DNA of 44,652 bases from the IMG/VR virus record IMGVR_UViG_3300045988_039442, positions 1 to 44,652 of that record, one strand, 5' to 3'. Position 1 is the stretch's first letter. Each line of letters opens with the position of its first letter. Under the pieces are notes generated by a model that was not told the DNA's origin, did not search any database, and worked only from the letters and a program-made list of their open reading frames with translations. Positions 1 through 7,815 of this stretch are shown here, in pieces. Position numbers and translations under genes: made by a program. Source of the stretch: a virus (Duplodnaviria > Heunggongvirae > Uroviricota > Caudoviricetes).

Positions 1-55
1 AGTGACGTCTATGTGGTGCGCGCGTTTTGGGGGTTGGTATGAAATATATATATAT
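1..55. repeat. Terminal direct repeat, left copy (identical to 44598-44652)
   Basis: Exact 55-bp identity between the two window ends; 55 is a common assembler k-mer, so this may be a circularisation overlap. Confidence 0.9.
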
Positions 56-244
56 GTTTATCACTATAACGCCGTATCAGAGGGTGGCAGGTCTTCGGTG
101 GCGGGGGTAGCACAACTATGTTTCCGAATAAAATCGCAGGAGGATGCGGAGAAACTTAAACGTATGATTGATTGTGATGGATTTACCGCTGCCGCGATTA
201 CATCTCTTTCATATCTAGGAAGAGAGAACGACGATGAGGACTAA
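11..244 (+). CDS. hypothetical early protein; ORF starts inside the terminal repeat and spans the circular junction
   Basis: Open frame 2..244 in the ORF track; ATG at 11 (GTG at 2); no clear RBS, start uncertain. Confidence 0.3.
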   Translation: MWCARFGGWYEIYIYVYHYNAVSEGGRSSVAGVAQLCFRIKSQEDAEKLKRMIDCDGFTAAAITSLSYLGRENDDED

Positions 245-246
245 GG

Positions 247-390
247 TATGAGAGAAGCATTCGAACGATGGGCCGTCGTTGAGGGTCTGCCGGTTAACAA
301 GGGTTCGAAGAAAGAGTACCTGAACGTTAAGACGCGTCTCGCGTGGCGGGCGTGGAAAGCTGGTGTGTTGTTTATCGCGAATCAGAGGTG
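247..390 (+). CDS. hypothetical small early protein (47 aa)
   Basis: ATG 4 nt after the upstream stop, same strand as neighbours; below the ORF-track size cut-off. Confidence 0.3.
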
Positions 391-394
391 AGAT

Positions 395-598
395 ATGGGA
401 GAGTGGATTAAGTGTAGTGAGCGGATGCCGGAGCCGGGCCAACCAGTTTTGGTCGTCAGTAGTATGGGTGGTGTGGTCCAGAACAATGTGTACGAGTGGG
501 ATGGGGTAACTTGGTGTGATTTCCGTGCTGACTACGGGGAATTAGAGCAGGAAGTGTTTTCCCACTGGATGCCGTTACCTGGGCCGCCGGAAGTGTGA
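395..598 (+). CDS. DUF551-like phage protein
   Basis: RBS GAGGTGA before the ATG; ERMPEPG ... HWMPLPGPP pattern typical of the DUF551 family. Confidence 0.6.
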   Translation: MGEWIKCSERMPEPGQPVLVVSSMGGVVQNNVYEWDGVTWCDFRADYGELEQEVFSHWMPLPGPPEV

Positions 599-632
599 TG
601 TTCAATAGTTTGGGATTTTACTGAGTGACTTA

Positions 633-660
633 CGCTGCTACACAGCAGCGTATCATTTTT
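633..660 (+). terminator. rho-independent terminator
   Basis: Perfect hairpin CGCTGCT-ACAC-AGCAGCG followed by a T-rich tract. Confidence 0.55.
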
Positions 661-722
661 CTCATTTTTGTTCTATTTCACCAAACGCAACAATCGAAGC
701 GACTATTGCGGGAGATGCAACA

Positions 723-896
723 ATGATTACTAAAGAACAGGCTGAACGACTAATCGCGTTAATAGATACGATGATTGATGTAAAAACAGATTTAGCGACG
801 GCAACAGAGGAATCCGCTACCTGGTCGCTTGAGGAAAGAGAAGCAGAAGCGGAGCGCGAGTTACTGGCGTTCATCGACTCTATAACACACCGATAA
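723..896 (+). CDS. hypothetical small early protein (57 aa)
   Basis: RBS GGGAGA before the ATG; co-oriented with the early block. Confidence 0.4.
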   Translation: MITKEQAERLIALIDTMIDVKTDLATATEESATWSLEEREAEAERELLAFIDSITHR

Positions 897-903
897 AATT
901 TAC

Positions 904-935
904 TTGCACACTAAAATAGAATAGGCTACTATTCA
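904..935 (+). promoter_or_regulatory. Copy of the conserved promoter/operator element, rightward orientation
   Basis: TTGCACACTAAAATAGAATAGGCTACTATTCA closely resembles the 44040-44071 element; sits upstream of the gene at 964. Confidence 0.45.
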
Positions 936-963
936 TTTACACAAACGAGAGGAGAGACAGAAG

Positions 964-1083
964 ATGGGTTGGTACGGTAGCTGGACCTTAGGCGAACTGG
1001 TAGATGCTTACGAAATAATGGGTAGCACTTCTGTGTGCGACGGCGACACTAAAGCGATAACAATGGGGGTTGATGATGAGTAA
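964..1083 (+). CDS. hypothetical small protein (39 aa)
   Basis: RBS GAGGAGAGA before the ATG. Confidence 0.35.
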   Translation: MGWYGSWTLGELVDAYEIMGSTSVCDGDTKAITMGVDDE

Positions 1084-1696
1084 CAAAAACGAAGTATTCG
1101 AGTACTTGGTAGCGGCAATGCACCTAACACTGGACGAACGTAAGGTGCACAAGCAACAGTGCGAAGACCTGGCGCATGAGGTGCTGTCACTTAAGAATCA
1201 GTTACGTGATGCGTCGGCGCAGATTAAGGAGTTGCAGGAAGACAACATTAGGAAATCCGAGCACATATCACATATGACCGGGCAATCGTCCGCATATCGT
1301 AATGACGCGTTGCGCTTTCAAGCGCAAGTTGATGACCTGGTAAAACGACTGGCTACCGCTACCGGTGATGCAGAGGCGTACAAACTTGCGCGCAAGGGTG
1401 CGCTTGTCCCCGAGCGATCTGGCTGCCGTAAAGAGGATGCGCATATCACGGAACCGTGGGTTAAGTGGGAAGGTGGTGAGTGTCCGGTGCCGAAAGATAC
1501 TATTGTACAAATCAGGATGCGTGACGGGACCAGTGCATGTGAACCTGGAGTAGCGGGGGAGCTGCGCTGGGACCATCGCGGATGGCGTGGTGACATTACC
1601 CGCTACCGTGTAGTCAAGCCAGAGTGTGAACACGAATGGCAATTTTACGGAGTCGGGTTTCCACGTATGTGCATTAAATGCGGGCTAAAGAGATGA
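1073..1696 (+). CDS. hypothetical protein with coiled-coil N-terminus and Cys-rich C-terminus
   Basis: ORF track 1070..1696; first ATG at 1073; C-terminal cysteine pairs CPVP ... CEPG ... CEHE ... CIKCG suggest a zinc ribbon. Confidence 0.5.
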   Translation: MMSNKNEVFEYLVAAMHLTLDERKVHKQQCEDLAHEVLSLKNQLRDASAQIKELQEDNIRKSEHISHMTGQSSAYRNDALRFQAQVDDLVKRLATATGDAEAYKLARKGALVPERSGCRKEDAHITEPWVKWEGGECPVPKDTIVQIRMRDGTSACEPGVAGELRWDHRGWRGDITRYRVVKPECEHEWQFYGVGFPRMCIKCGLKR

Positions 1697-1896
1697 CCAG
1701 CATCTTATTTATCTGGGTGCTGTCCGCGGGTCAGATGCAACTAGCGGCAGCAGAAACGTTTTACTCGATGGAGGCGTGCCAGTCAGCGGCACGCGCCGCA
1801 GAGAACGCGCACTTCCTGTTTCAGGGTGACAAGCCCAACGATTCAGAGGTACGAGCTATCTGCTCACCTAAGCGACTTGGTAAACAGGAGAAGTGA
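1693..1896 (+). CDS. hypothetical protein with hydrophobic N-terminus (possible signal or TM segment)
   Basis: ORF track 1678..1896; ATG at 1693 overlaps the upstream stop. Confidence 0.4.
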   Translation: MTSILFIWVLSAGQMQLAAAETFYSMEACQSAARAAENAHFLFQGDKPNDSEVRAICSPKRLGKQEK

Positions 1897-2189
1897 TGAG
1901 CCTTGCAACTGACATCCTGAAACGTAGCGGCCTTGTGCCGCTGTCACCGAGAGCTAAAACACAGATATACAAGCGTCGGGGTAACGCGCTGTACCCTGAG
2001 ATTCAGGCCAGACGTAAAGCTGTCCGCGACTGCGGATTCCAGAACGGGAAGGCCGTTAATCTCGGTGAGTTTAAAACACAGGAACGCGCCGCTATCGCTA
2101 ATCGGCTATTTAATTACTGGAAATCGCTGGGATACGATGATATTCCGACGAAACCGCAGAGACGCCAATACATCTGGAGGCACAAATGA
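1893..2189 (+). CDS. hypothetical basic protein
   Basis: ORF track entry; start overlaps the upstream stop. Confidence 0.45.
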   Translation: MMSLATDILKRSGLVPLSPRAKTQIYKRRGNALYPEIQARRKAVRDCGFQNGKAVNLGEFKTQERAAIANRLFNYWKSLGYDDIPTKPQRRQYIWRHK

Positions 2190-2626
2190 CTACAATCGCG
2201 TTTGATGGAAAGACAATGGCCTGCGATACACGTGTTGTGTGCGGAAGTAACTGTTACAACACAGACACAAAGATATATGAGAATGATTTTGCTGTTATCG
2301 GGGTAGCGGGCGATGCGGGGGTAGGGGCTATGCTTATCGATTGCCCTGATATTCTTCAGGCAAAGCACTATGATTTTGATTTCGAAGCTCTGGTATTCGT
2401 GAAAGACACAGAAAAGGTGTATAAAGTCTCGTTTTATAAATCGTGGGATTGCGCACTTAGTTCGGTTATTCCGATTGCCGATAGCTTTGCCGCCGTTGGT
2501 TCCGGTTCTCCCTACGCACTGGCGGCCATGGAATGTGAATATTCAGCACATGGCGGTGTAGCCGTTGCATCGAAGTTTGACACTAACACCGGCGGCAAGA
2601 TTATTACCAAACAACTATTAGGATAA
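2186..2626 (+). CDS. HslV/proteasome beta-subunit-like Ntn-hydrolase peptidase homologue
   Basis: N-terminal MTTIAFDG (Thr at position 2 as candidate nucleophile), AVIGVAGDAG and GSGSPYALAA motifs resemble HslV; recalled from memory, not searched. Confidence 0.5.
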   Translation: MTTIAFDGKTMACDTRVVCGSNCYNTDTKIYENDFAVIGVAGDAGVGAMLIDCPDILQAKHYDFDFEALVFVKDTEKVYKVSFYKSWDCALSSVIPIADSFAAVGSGSPYALAAMECEYSAHGGVAVASKFDTNTGGKIITKQLLG

Positions 2627-2685
2627 TTCCTACCCGTGGTATCCTCCAGTTACTGCATACTTAATACGCACCTGGAGGATTCATC

Positions 2686-2994
2686 TTGGATAAATTTACT
2701 GAAACAGTGACAGGCTGGCTTCTCGCTGCCGCACTCGCCGGAGGGGTCATCGGACTACGACAACATAAGTCCGTTATTTCTGGCCCTATCGACGGCTTCT
2801 GCTTTATTGCAACTGGCTTCACCTGCGCCGTATTTGGCGCACCTCTCGCGGCTCAATGGTTCGGTATCACGGGCGACCGTGAAATCGCGGGCCTGGGCTT
2901 CATCATCGCGGTTCTCTGGATGCCTATCTATTCCCGTCTCTCCGGTATCGTCGCCGGAGAATACATCCCACGTCGAGGAGGCCCAGATGAATGA
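2686..2994 (+). CDS. putative holin (three predicted TM segments, charged C-terminus)
   Basis: TTG start 6 nt after GGAGGA; three hydrophobic helices; immediately upstream of the endolysin. Confidence 0.5.
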   Translation: MDKFTETVTGWLLAAALAGGVIGLRQHKSVISGPIDGFCFIATGFTCAVFGAPLAAQWFGITGDREIAGLGFIIAVLWMPIYSRLSGIVAGEYIPRRGGPDE

Positions 2995-3259
2995 GTTATT
3001 CTGGTTCGGCGGTATGCTGGCAATAGGGGGCACATCGCTGTTTAATGTATATCATCCCAGCGTGGATGACGGACTATTTGGTCGGGTGCTCTATATCCTG
3101 ACCGCTATCGTCTGCGCCGCCGGATGTATCCACCTGCTACAGGGCAGCATGTCGCCTACGCTGCCTGAGACATTAATCACATTAGTTGCGCTGCGTCAGA
3201 TTCGTCAGGCGTGGCTGTCATACGGAGGACATAAGCGTGTCTCGAAACATTTCAGATAA
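2987..3259 (+). CDS. small membrane protein, two TM segments (holin/antiholin-like partner)
   Basis: ATG at 2987 overlapping the holin stop; two hydrophobic segments; lies between holin and endolysin. Confidence 0.4.
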   Translation: MNELFWFGGMLAIGGTSLFNVYHPSVDDGLFGRVLYILTAIVCAAGCIHLLQGSMSPTLPETLITLVALRQIRQAWLSYGGHKRVSKHFR

Positions 3260-3725
3260 TGGGTTGCATTTCACCGCCGCGTTCGAGGGATTCCGTAGAA
3301 CCGCGTACCGCGCTACCCCGAACGAGAAGTACCTGACTATTGGTTACGGTCATTACGGACCGGACGTAACCCCAGGTAAGACCATCACTCCCGGGCAAGG
3401 CCTCCTATTACTGAATCGTGATATGGCTAAAGCCGTAGCTGCGGTTGACGCTGCAGCGCACCACTCCTTGACACAGGCGCAGTTCGATGCAGTATGCGAC
3501 CTGGTCTATAACGCTGGTGCTGGCGTGATTGCAGTTACTACCGGCACTGGCAAGGCCCTGCGTTCCGGTGATATTGCGACGCTGCGTGCTAAGCTGGCGT
3601 TGTTCATCAACCAGAACGGCAAACCACTACTCGGTCTGCGTCGCCGTACTGCGGGTCGTCTGGCGTTGTTCGACGGTAAGCCGTGGCAAGAGGCAGAGGC
3701 TATTGGGCGCACGGTGAAAGGTTGA
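3237..3725 (+). CDS. endolysin, GH24 lysozyme family
   Basis: FEGFRRTAY ... TIGYGH ... QFDAVCDLVYNAG pattern resembles lambdoid/P22-type lysozymes; GTG start at 3237 assumed (ATG at 3186 is the alternative). Confidence 0.75.
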   Translation: MSRNISDNGLHFTAAFEGFRRTAYRATPNEKYLTIGYGHYGPDVTPGKTITPGQGLLLLNRDMAKAVAAVDAAAHHSLTQAQFDAVCDLVYNAGAGVIAVTTGTGKALRSGDIATLRAKLALFINQNGKPLLGLRRRTAGRLALFDGKPWQEAEAIGRTVKG

Positions 3726-3791
3726 CACCTAAGACTAATCCGACGATACTTAAATCACCTCCTGTTCCATCCCTCTACTCTCCAGTTTTAT

Positions 3792-3821
3792 CCCGGCCCT
3801 GACCCAGCCGGGATTTTTTTT
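3792..3821 (+). terminator. rho-independent terminator
   Basis: CCCGGC-N9-GCCGGG hairpin followed by T8. Confidence 0.7.
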
Positions 3822-3843
3822 ATCTATTTTCTGCTATGACTAG

Positions 3844-3872
3844 TTGACTATTACTCTTACACCAATTATATT
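3844..3872 (+). promoter_or_regulatory. sigma70-type promoter
   Basis: TTGACT, 17-bp spacer, TATATT; about 35 bp upstream of the gene at 3906. Confidence 0.6.
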
Positions 3873-3905
3873 TACTCCATCGACAACGAGAACGGAGTAG
3901 AGAAG

Positions 3906-4055
3906 ATGAAAATCACAGATGTCGAAGCATTCAAAGATGCACAACTGATGGCCCGCATCGCCGTCAGTAACCTTAGCAACAGCATCCCAGCGGCCGCGTT
4001 CTGGTTCGCCGCGATGCAGACACTTAAAGCAGCTTATGCAGGAGAGAAGAAATGA
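3906..4055 (+). CDS. hypothetical small protein (49 aa)
   Basis: RBS GGAGTAGAGAAG before the ATG; stop overlaps the next start. Confidence 0.45.
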   Translation: MKITDVEAFKDAQLMARIAVSNLSNSIPAAAFWFAAMQTLKAAYAGEKK

Positions 4056-4246
4056 AAAATATAGTTACGGAAGTTGGTAAAGGTTGTTTCGTTGTTTCTT
4101 TTTTCAACGGGGATGAGTATGTTGATTGCGGCCAGTTTCACCAATCTGGAGATGCGGGGGCTTACGCGGCAAAGCTAGTAGGTACTACGCCCCTGGAAAA
4201 CGTTCGTATTGTATTCAATATGGAACTCGCAGGAGAGAAGAAATGA
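4052..4246 (+). CDS. hypothetical small protein
   Basis: ORF track entry; ATGA overlap with both neighbours. Confidence 0.5.
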   Translation: MKNIVTEVGKGCFVVSFFNGDEYVDCGQFHQSGDAGAYAAKLVGTTPLENVRIVFNMELAGEKK

Positions 4247-4404
4247 GTGAACAAGGTCCAGCAAGCCAGCCATTACGGGTAGGCCGTAAAGTCAGTCATA
4301 CCCCGTTCCCGACACGCGAGGAACTGATGAAACGCAACAGTTTCCCGGGGCCGGACAAGAACAAGTATCTAAATCGCATGTGGGGGAGCGTAAAGAATGA
4401 CTAA
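4243..4404 (+). CDS. hypothetical small protein
   Basis: ATG at 4243 in the 4126..4404 frame, preceded by GGAGAGAAG. Confidence 0.45.
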   Translation: MSEQGPASQPLRVGRKVSHTPFPTREELMKRNSFPGPDKNKYLNRMWGSVKND

Positions 4405-4570
4405 CAACGAATACGAGAAACTTAGCGTAGAAGCGGCGACCGGGCAAGCGTGGCTTAAAGGCGCGGACGAGATGATCGAACACCTGGAAAAACAACTCGC
4501 AGAGTGGCAAGAGCACCGCCGCGAGCTAATTAACCGATTCAACCTGAACAAGGGTGACGCCAATGCCTAA
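4397..4570 (+). CDS. hypothetical small protein (57 aa)
   Basis: ATG overlaps the upstream stop; same-strand tight packing. Confidence 0.4.
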   Translation: MTNNEYEKLSVEAATGQAWLKGADEMIEHLEKQLAEWQEHRRELINRFNLNKGDANA

Positions 4571-4748
4571 AATCACAATCGCATCACTCGAACGCCGTAT
4601 TACGGTGCTTGAGTCAGAGAAACAGACGTTAGGCGGGCGACTGTCGATTAACGGAGAGTTTCAACTGGAAGCGTTTAAGATGCTACTTGAGCGCATGAAG
4701 GATGAGGAAGATTGGGCGCATTCCTTGCAAGACCTCTGGCAATACTAA
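4563..4748 (+). CDS. hypothetical small protein
   Basis: Internal ATG of ORF 4554..4748. Confidence 0.45.
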   Translation: MPKITIASLERRITVLESEKQTLGGRLSINGEFQLEAFKMLLERMKDEEDWAHSLQDLWQY

Positions 4749-4750
4749 AC

Positions 4751-4933
4751 ATGAAAGCGCCTGAACCAGTAGTAATTGACGGCGTCCTGTGGAAACCATA
4801 CTCGGTTAACCACATCGACGCCGACGGGAAGAAGTTTAGCTTCTACATTTTTGCGATTAGCCGAGAGCACGCCGCTTGTGTGGTAGACGATATACGAGAA
4901 ACGGCGTGGCTTGGTGATGAGATAGTGGGGTGA
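4751..4933 (+). CDS. hypothetical small protein
   Basis: ATG at 4751 in the 4712..4933 frame, just after the upstream stop. Confidence 0.45.
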   Translation: MKAPEPVVIDGVLWKPYSVNHIDADGKKFSFYIFAISREHAACVVDDIRETAWLGDEIVG

Positions 4934-4935
4934 GT

Positions 4936-5106
4936 ATGTTCAATGACACCAACGCAGCAATCGAAGAGGCAATATGGCGCCGCTACAACGGTGAGCAACA
5001 GCGCCACTTCTGCCTGGTGCAACGCGGTAACATGATTGCCGTAGTGCAGGACCGCGATAACAAATATCCGAATGCGATGTGGACAACGAGGAATTTCTTA
5101 GGATGA
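4936..5106 (+). CDS. hypothetical small protein (56 aa)
   Basis: RBS GGGGTGAG before the ATG. Confidence 0.4.
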   Translation: MFNDTNAAIEEAIWRRYNGEQQRHFCLVQRGNMIAVVQDRDNKYPNAMWTTRNFLG

Positions 5107-5339
5107 TTACCAGCATTCCGAACCTGATTAAAGAATACGGCACGATGGCGGAGACATGCCGACAAACCGGCATCAACGAAATGACGATTGCGAAGTACAG
5201 CAAAGACGTTAACTGTGAGCGCCATGTAATTTATAACAACCGTCTCATGACGCACGTTAAGACAAGCCCAGTGCTATTCACGCGCCGGGGTATCACTAAA
5301 ACTGAACAACGCATTGCTAAAGGGGAGAGCGGGGAATGA
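5103..5339 (+). CDS. hypothetical small protein with possible HTH segment
   Basis: ATG at 5103 in the 5079..5339 frame; the AETCRQTGINEMTIAKYS stretch is helix-turn-helix-like. Confidence 0.4.
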   Translation: MITSIPNLIKEYGTMAETCRQTGINEMTIAKYSKDVNCERHVIYNNRLMTHVKTSPVLFTRRGITKTEQRIAKGESGE

Positions 5340-5524
5340 ACGAATTTTATGCCGTAGTCGATGCCTCTGGTGGTATCGTGTCCGTTACCAATAAAGATTA
5401 TGATACACTCAAAGCTATATTCTTCTCTAAGGAAGAAGCAGAAAAAGCTATAGCGAAGGCCAAACAGAAGGCCCCTCAAATATACCTTAGGGTTGAAAGG
5501 GTAGGGATTCTGGGGCTGGGTTAA
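5336..5524 (+). CDS. hypothetical small protein
   Basis: ORF track entry; ATGA overlap with the upstream gene. Confidence 0.45.
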   Translation: MNEFYAVVDASGGIVSVTNKDYDTLKAIFFSKEEAEKAIAKAKQKAPQIYLRVERVGILGLG

Positions 5525-5630
5525 ATGAAACTGTTAATCATCCCTAACGCCTGGGCAATCGCGGTAGCTAACGACCACTACAGCGGCGACGGCAAAAGAG
5601 CACCACGACACGGCCTATATAACTGATACA

Positions 5631-5653
5631 AGCCCTCTACGGAGGGCTTTTCT
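5631..5653 (+). terminator. rho-independent terminator at the end of the early block
   Basis: AGCCCTC-TACG-GAGGGCT hairpin followed by TTTTCT. Confidence 0.65.
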
Positions 5654-5747
5654 GTACATCCCGCCCAATCCCCTTATATAATCCCTTTAGACGCGTAGGG
5701 CGCGTCTGATGCGCTCTGATGGTCAGACGCATATGCAAGGGGATTCT

Positions 5748-6293
5748 ATGAAGCTGAAACTTAAGCAGCCATCGCCAGAGGTGGTGCAAGCTGCACATGA
5801 AGAAGCTGTTAGCGCAAACCGTCGCCGTAAACGACCACGCGGTAAACAGAGCCTTTATCAATCATCCCGTAATTCCGCCGCGTTGTGGGACCCGGACTAT
5901 TGCGACGCGCTAATCGAGTTCTTCGACCGCACGTCATGGGAGCTTGTGCCTACGTCTAAGGGCGACGAACGTCCACTTATTCAGGATAAACCCCCGTCAC
6001 TGGCCCGCTTCGCCTTACACATCGGCGTAACTATCCCGATTATTAAGCTGTGGCTGCGTGAGATTCCCGCATTTGCAGAAGCCTGGGAGACCGCACAGGC
6101 GCTGGAAGAGGCGTACTTCACCGAGACCGGGGCCGCAGGTATCTCTGCTACGTTTGCTGCGGCGAAGCTGGGCCTCAGCAAAGAGAAACCAGTTGAATCA
6201 ACAGAAGAAACAGCACCGACTGAGATTATTTTCAGTGTCGCGGAGCCTGTGGGTAAAATCGTAACAACGAACATGGGCGAGGTAGAGGAATGA
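5748..6293 (+). CDS. terS: terminase small subunit (putative)
   Basis: Immediately upstream of TerL with overlapping stop/start; basic N-terminus and an HTH-like segment; ATG at 5748 chosen within ORF 5709..6293. Confidence 0.6.
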   Translation: MKLKLKQPSPEVVQAAHEEAVSANRRRKRPRGKQSLYQSSRNSAALWDPDYCDALIEFFDRTSWELVPTSKGDERPLIQDKPPSLARFALHIGVTIPIIKLWLREIPAFAEAWETAQALEEAYFTETGAAGISATFAAAKLGLSKEKPVESTEETAPTEIIFSVAEPVGKIVTTNMGEVEE

Positions 6294-7540
6294 GTATTCA
6301 GCTATCCGCCCCGCAGGCACTGTTCCTGAATTGCGATAACAAATACAAAGCCTATGTCGGGGGATTCGGCAGCGGCAAGACATTTGTTGGCTGTCTGGAC
6401 CTGCTTACATTCATGCTCAAGCACCCAGGTGCGCGCCTGGGCTACTTCGGGCCGACGTACCCGGCCATCCGCGACATCTTCTACCCGACATTCGAGGAAG
6501 CGGCTAACCTGCTCGGCCTTGATGTGCTGGTTAAATCCGGCGACAAAGAGGTCGTTGTCACTCGCGGTAAGACGGTGCTCGGTACGGTTATCTGCCGTTC
6601 GATGGATAACCCTGGCTCTATCGTCGGCTTCAAAATCGCCGCCGCGGTCGTGGATGAGCTCGACGTATTGAGTCGCGAGAAAGCTGAGCTGGCGTGGAAC
6701 AAAATCGTAGCCCGTATGCGTCTGGTTATTCCTGGCGTAACCAACCACATCTCCGTCACCACGACGCCGGAAGGGTTCAAGTTCGTCTACGCCAAGTTCA
6801 AAGAGAACCCGACGCCGAGTTACTCAATGGTGCAGGCATCAACTCATGAGAATGCGAGATTCCTGCCGCCGGATTACATTAGCTCGCTGACGGAGACTTA
6901 CCCGGCACAGTTGATTAACGCGTATCTGAACGGCGAGTTCGTTAACCTGACATCCGGCAGCGTGTATTACGCGTATGACCGTCGCAAGCACCGCAGCAAA
7001 GAGACTATTCAACCGGGCGACACGCTGTACATCGGGCAGGACTTCAACGTTACGAAGAACGCGAGCGCCGTGTATGTGCAGCGTAAAGACGGCTGGCACG
7101 CGGTGGCAGAACTGAAAGGTCTGTTCGATACGCCGGATACTGTGCGCGTCATTACCGAGAAGTGGAAATCGCAAGGCCACCGCATCGTCGTTTACCCCGA
7201 CGCCAGCGGCAAGAACCGCAAAACCAACTCAGCGTCAATCTCTGATATCGCGTTACTCCAGCAGGCCGGGTTCGATGTTCGCGCTAAATCCGCCAACCCC
7301 CCGGTTAAAGACCGTGTTTTAGCCGTGAATACCGCGCTGGAAAAAGGTAAGCTGTGGGTTAACGACCACTTATGCCCCGAGATAGCGAAGACGCTGGAGC
7401 AGCAGGCATATGACGATAACGGAGAGCCAGATAAAGACGGCATCATCGACCATATGGCGGATGCTCTCGGCTATCCTGTAGTTTACGAGATGCCGGTGGT
7501 TAAACCAGTAATCAACATCCCCGTTACTTTTTCTCTGTGA
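6290..7540 (+). CDS. terL: terminase large subunit
   Basis: Walker A GFGSGKTF near the N-terminus, about 416 aa, followed by the portal gene. Confidence 0.85.
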   Translation: MSIQLSAPQALFLNCDNKYKAYVGGFGSGKTFVGCLDLLTFMLKHPGARLGYFGPTYPAIRDIFYPTFEEAANLLGLDVLVKSGDKEVVVTRGKTVLGTVICRSMDNPGSIVGFKIAAAVVDELDVLSREKAELAWNKIVARMRLVIPGVTNHISVTTTPEGFKFVYAKFKENPTPSYSMVQASTHENARFLPPDYISSLTETYPAQLINAYLNGEFVNLTSGSVYYAYDRRKHRSKETIQPGDTLYIGQDFNVTKNASAVYVQRKDGWHAVAELKGLFDTPDTVRVITEKWKSQGHRIVVYPDASGKNRKTNSASISDIALLQQAGFDVRAKSANPPVKDRVLAVNTALEKGKLWVNDHLCPEIAKTLEQQAYDDNGEPDKDGIIDHMADALGYPVVYEMPVVKPVINIPVTFSL

Positions 7541-7546
7541 GGATTT

Positions 7547-7771
7547 ATGGACCAACTAGCTATAGCTTTCACTGGCGTAATAGCCATCTTCCTTACCCAG
7601 CAATCCAACCAGAAGTGGAAGAGATTCGCTTGTTTGTTTGGAATTGCTGGGCAGCCTTTCTGGATTTATAGCGCGATAGTAAACCAGCAATGGGGTATTC
7701 TTGTGCTGTGCCTTTTCTACGCCTATAGCTGGGGGCTTGGCGTTTACAATAATTGGATTAAGAAGGCATAA
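7547..7771 (+). CDS. small integral membrane protein between terminase and portal
   Basis: ORF track entry; two or three hydrophobic helices. Confidence 0.45.
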   Translation: MDQLAIAFTGVIAIFLTQQSNQKWKRFACLFGIAGQPFWIYSAIVNQQWGILVLCLFYAYSWGLGVYNNWIKKA

Positions 7772-7815
7772 ACGCGGCAACAGTGCGCACTAACGCACTC
7801 TAAGAGGACTACTCA

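Noticed and set aside
4035-4250. Duplicated 18-bp junction GCAGGAGAGAAGAAATGA at 4038-4055 and 4229-4246
   Set aside because: Most simply explained as a reused RBS/stop-start coupling sequence between adjacent small genes; too short to call a mobile element or repeat family.
6302-7180. Minus-strand ORFs of 148 and 113 aa inside the terminase large subunit gene
   Set aside because: Antisense to a gene with a clear Walker A motif; no independent start signals.
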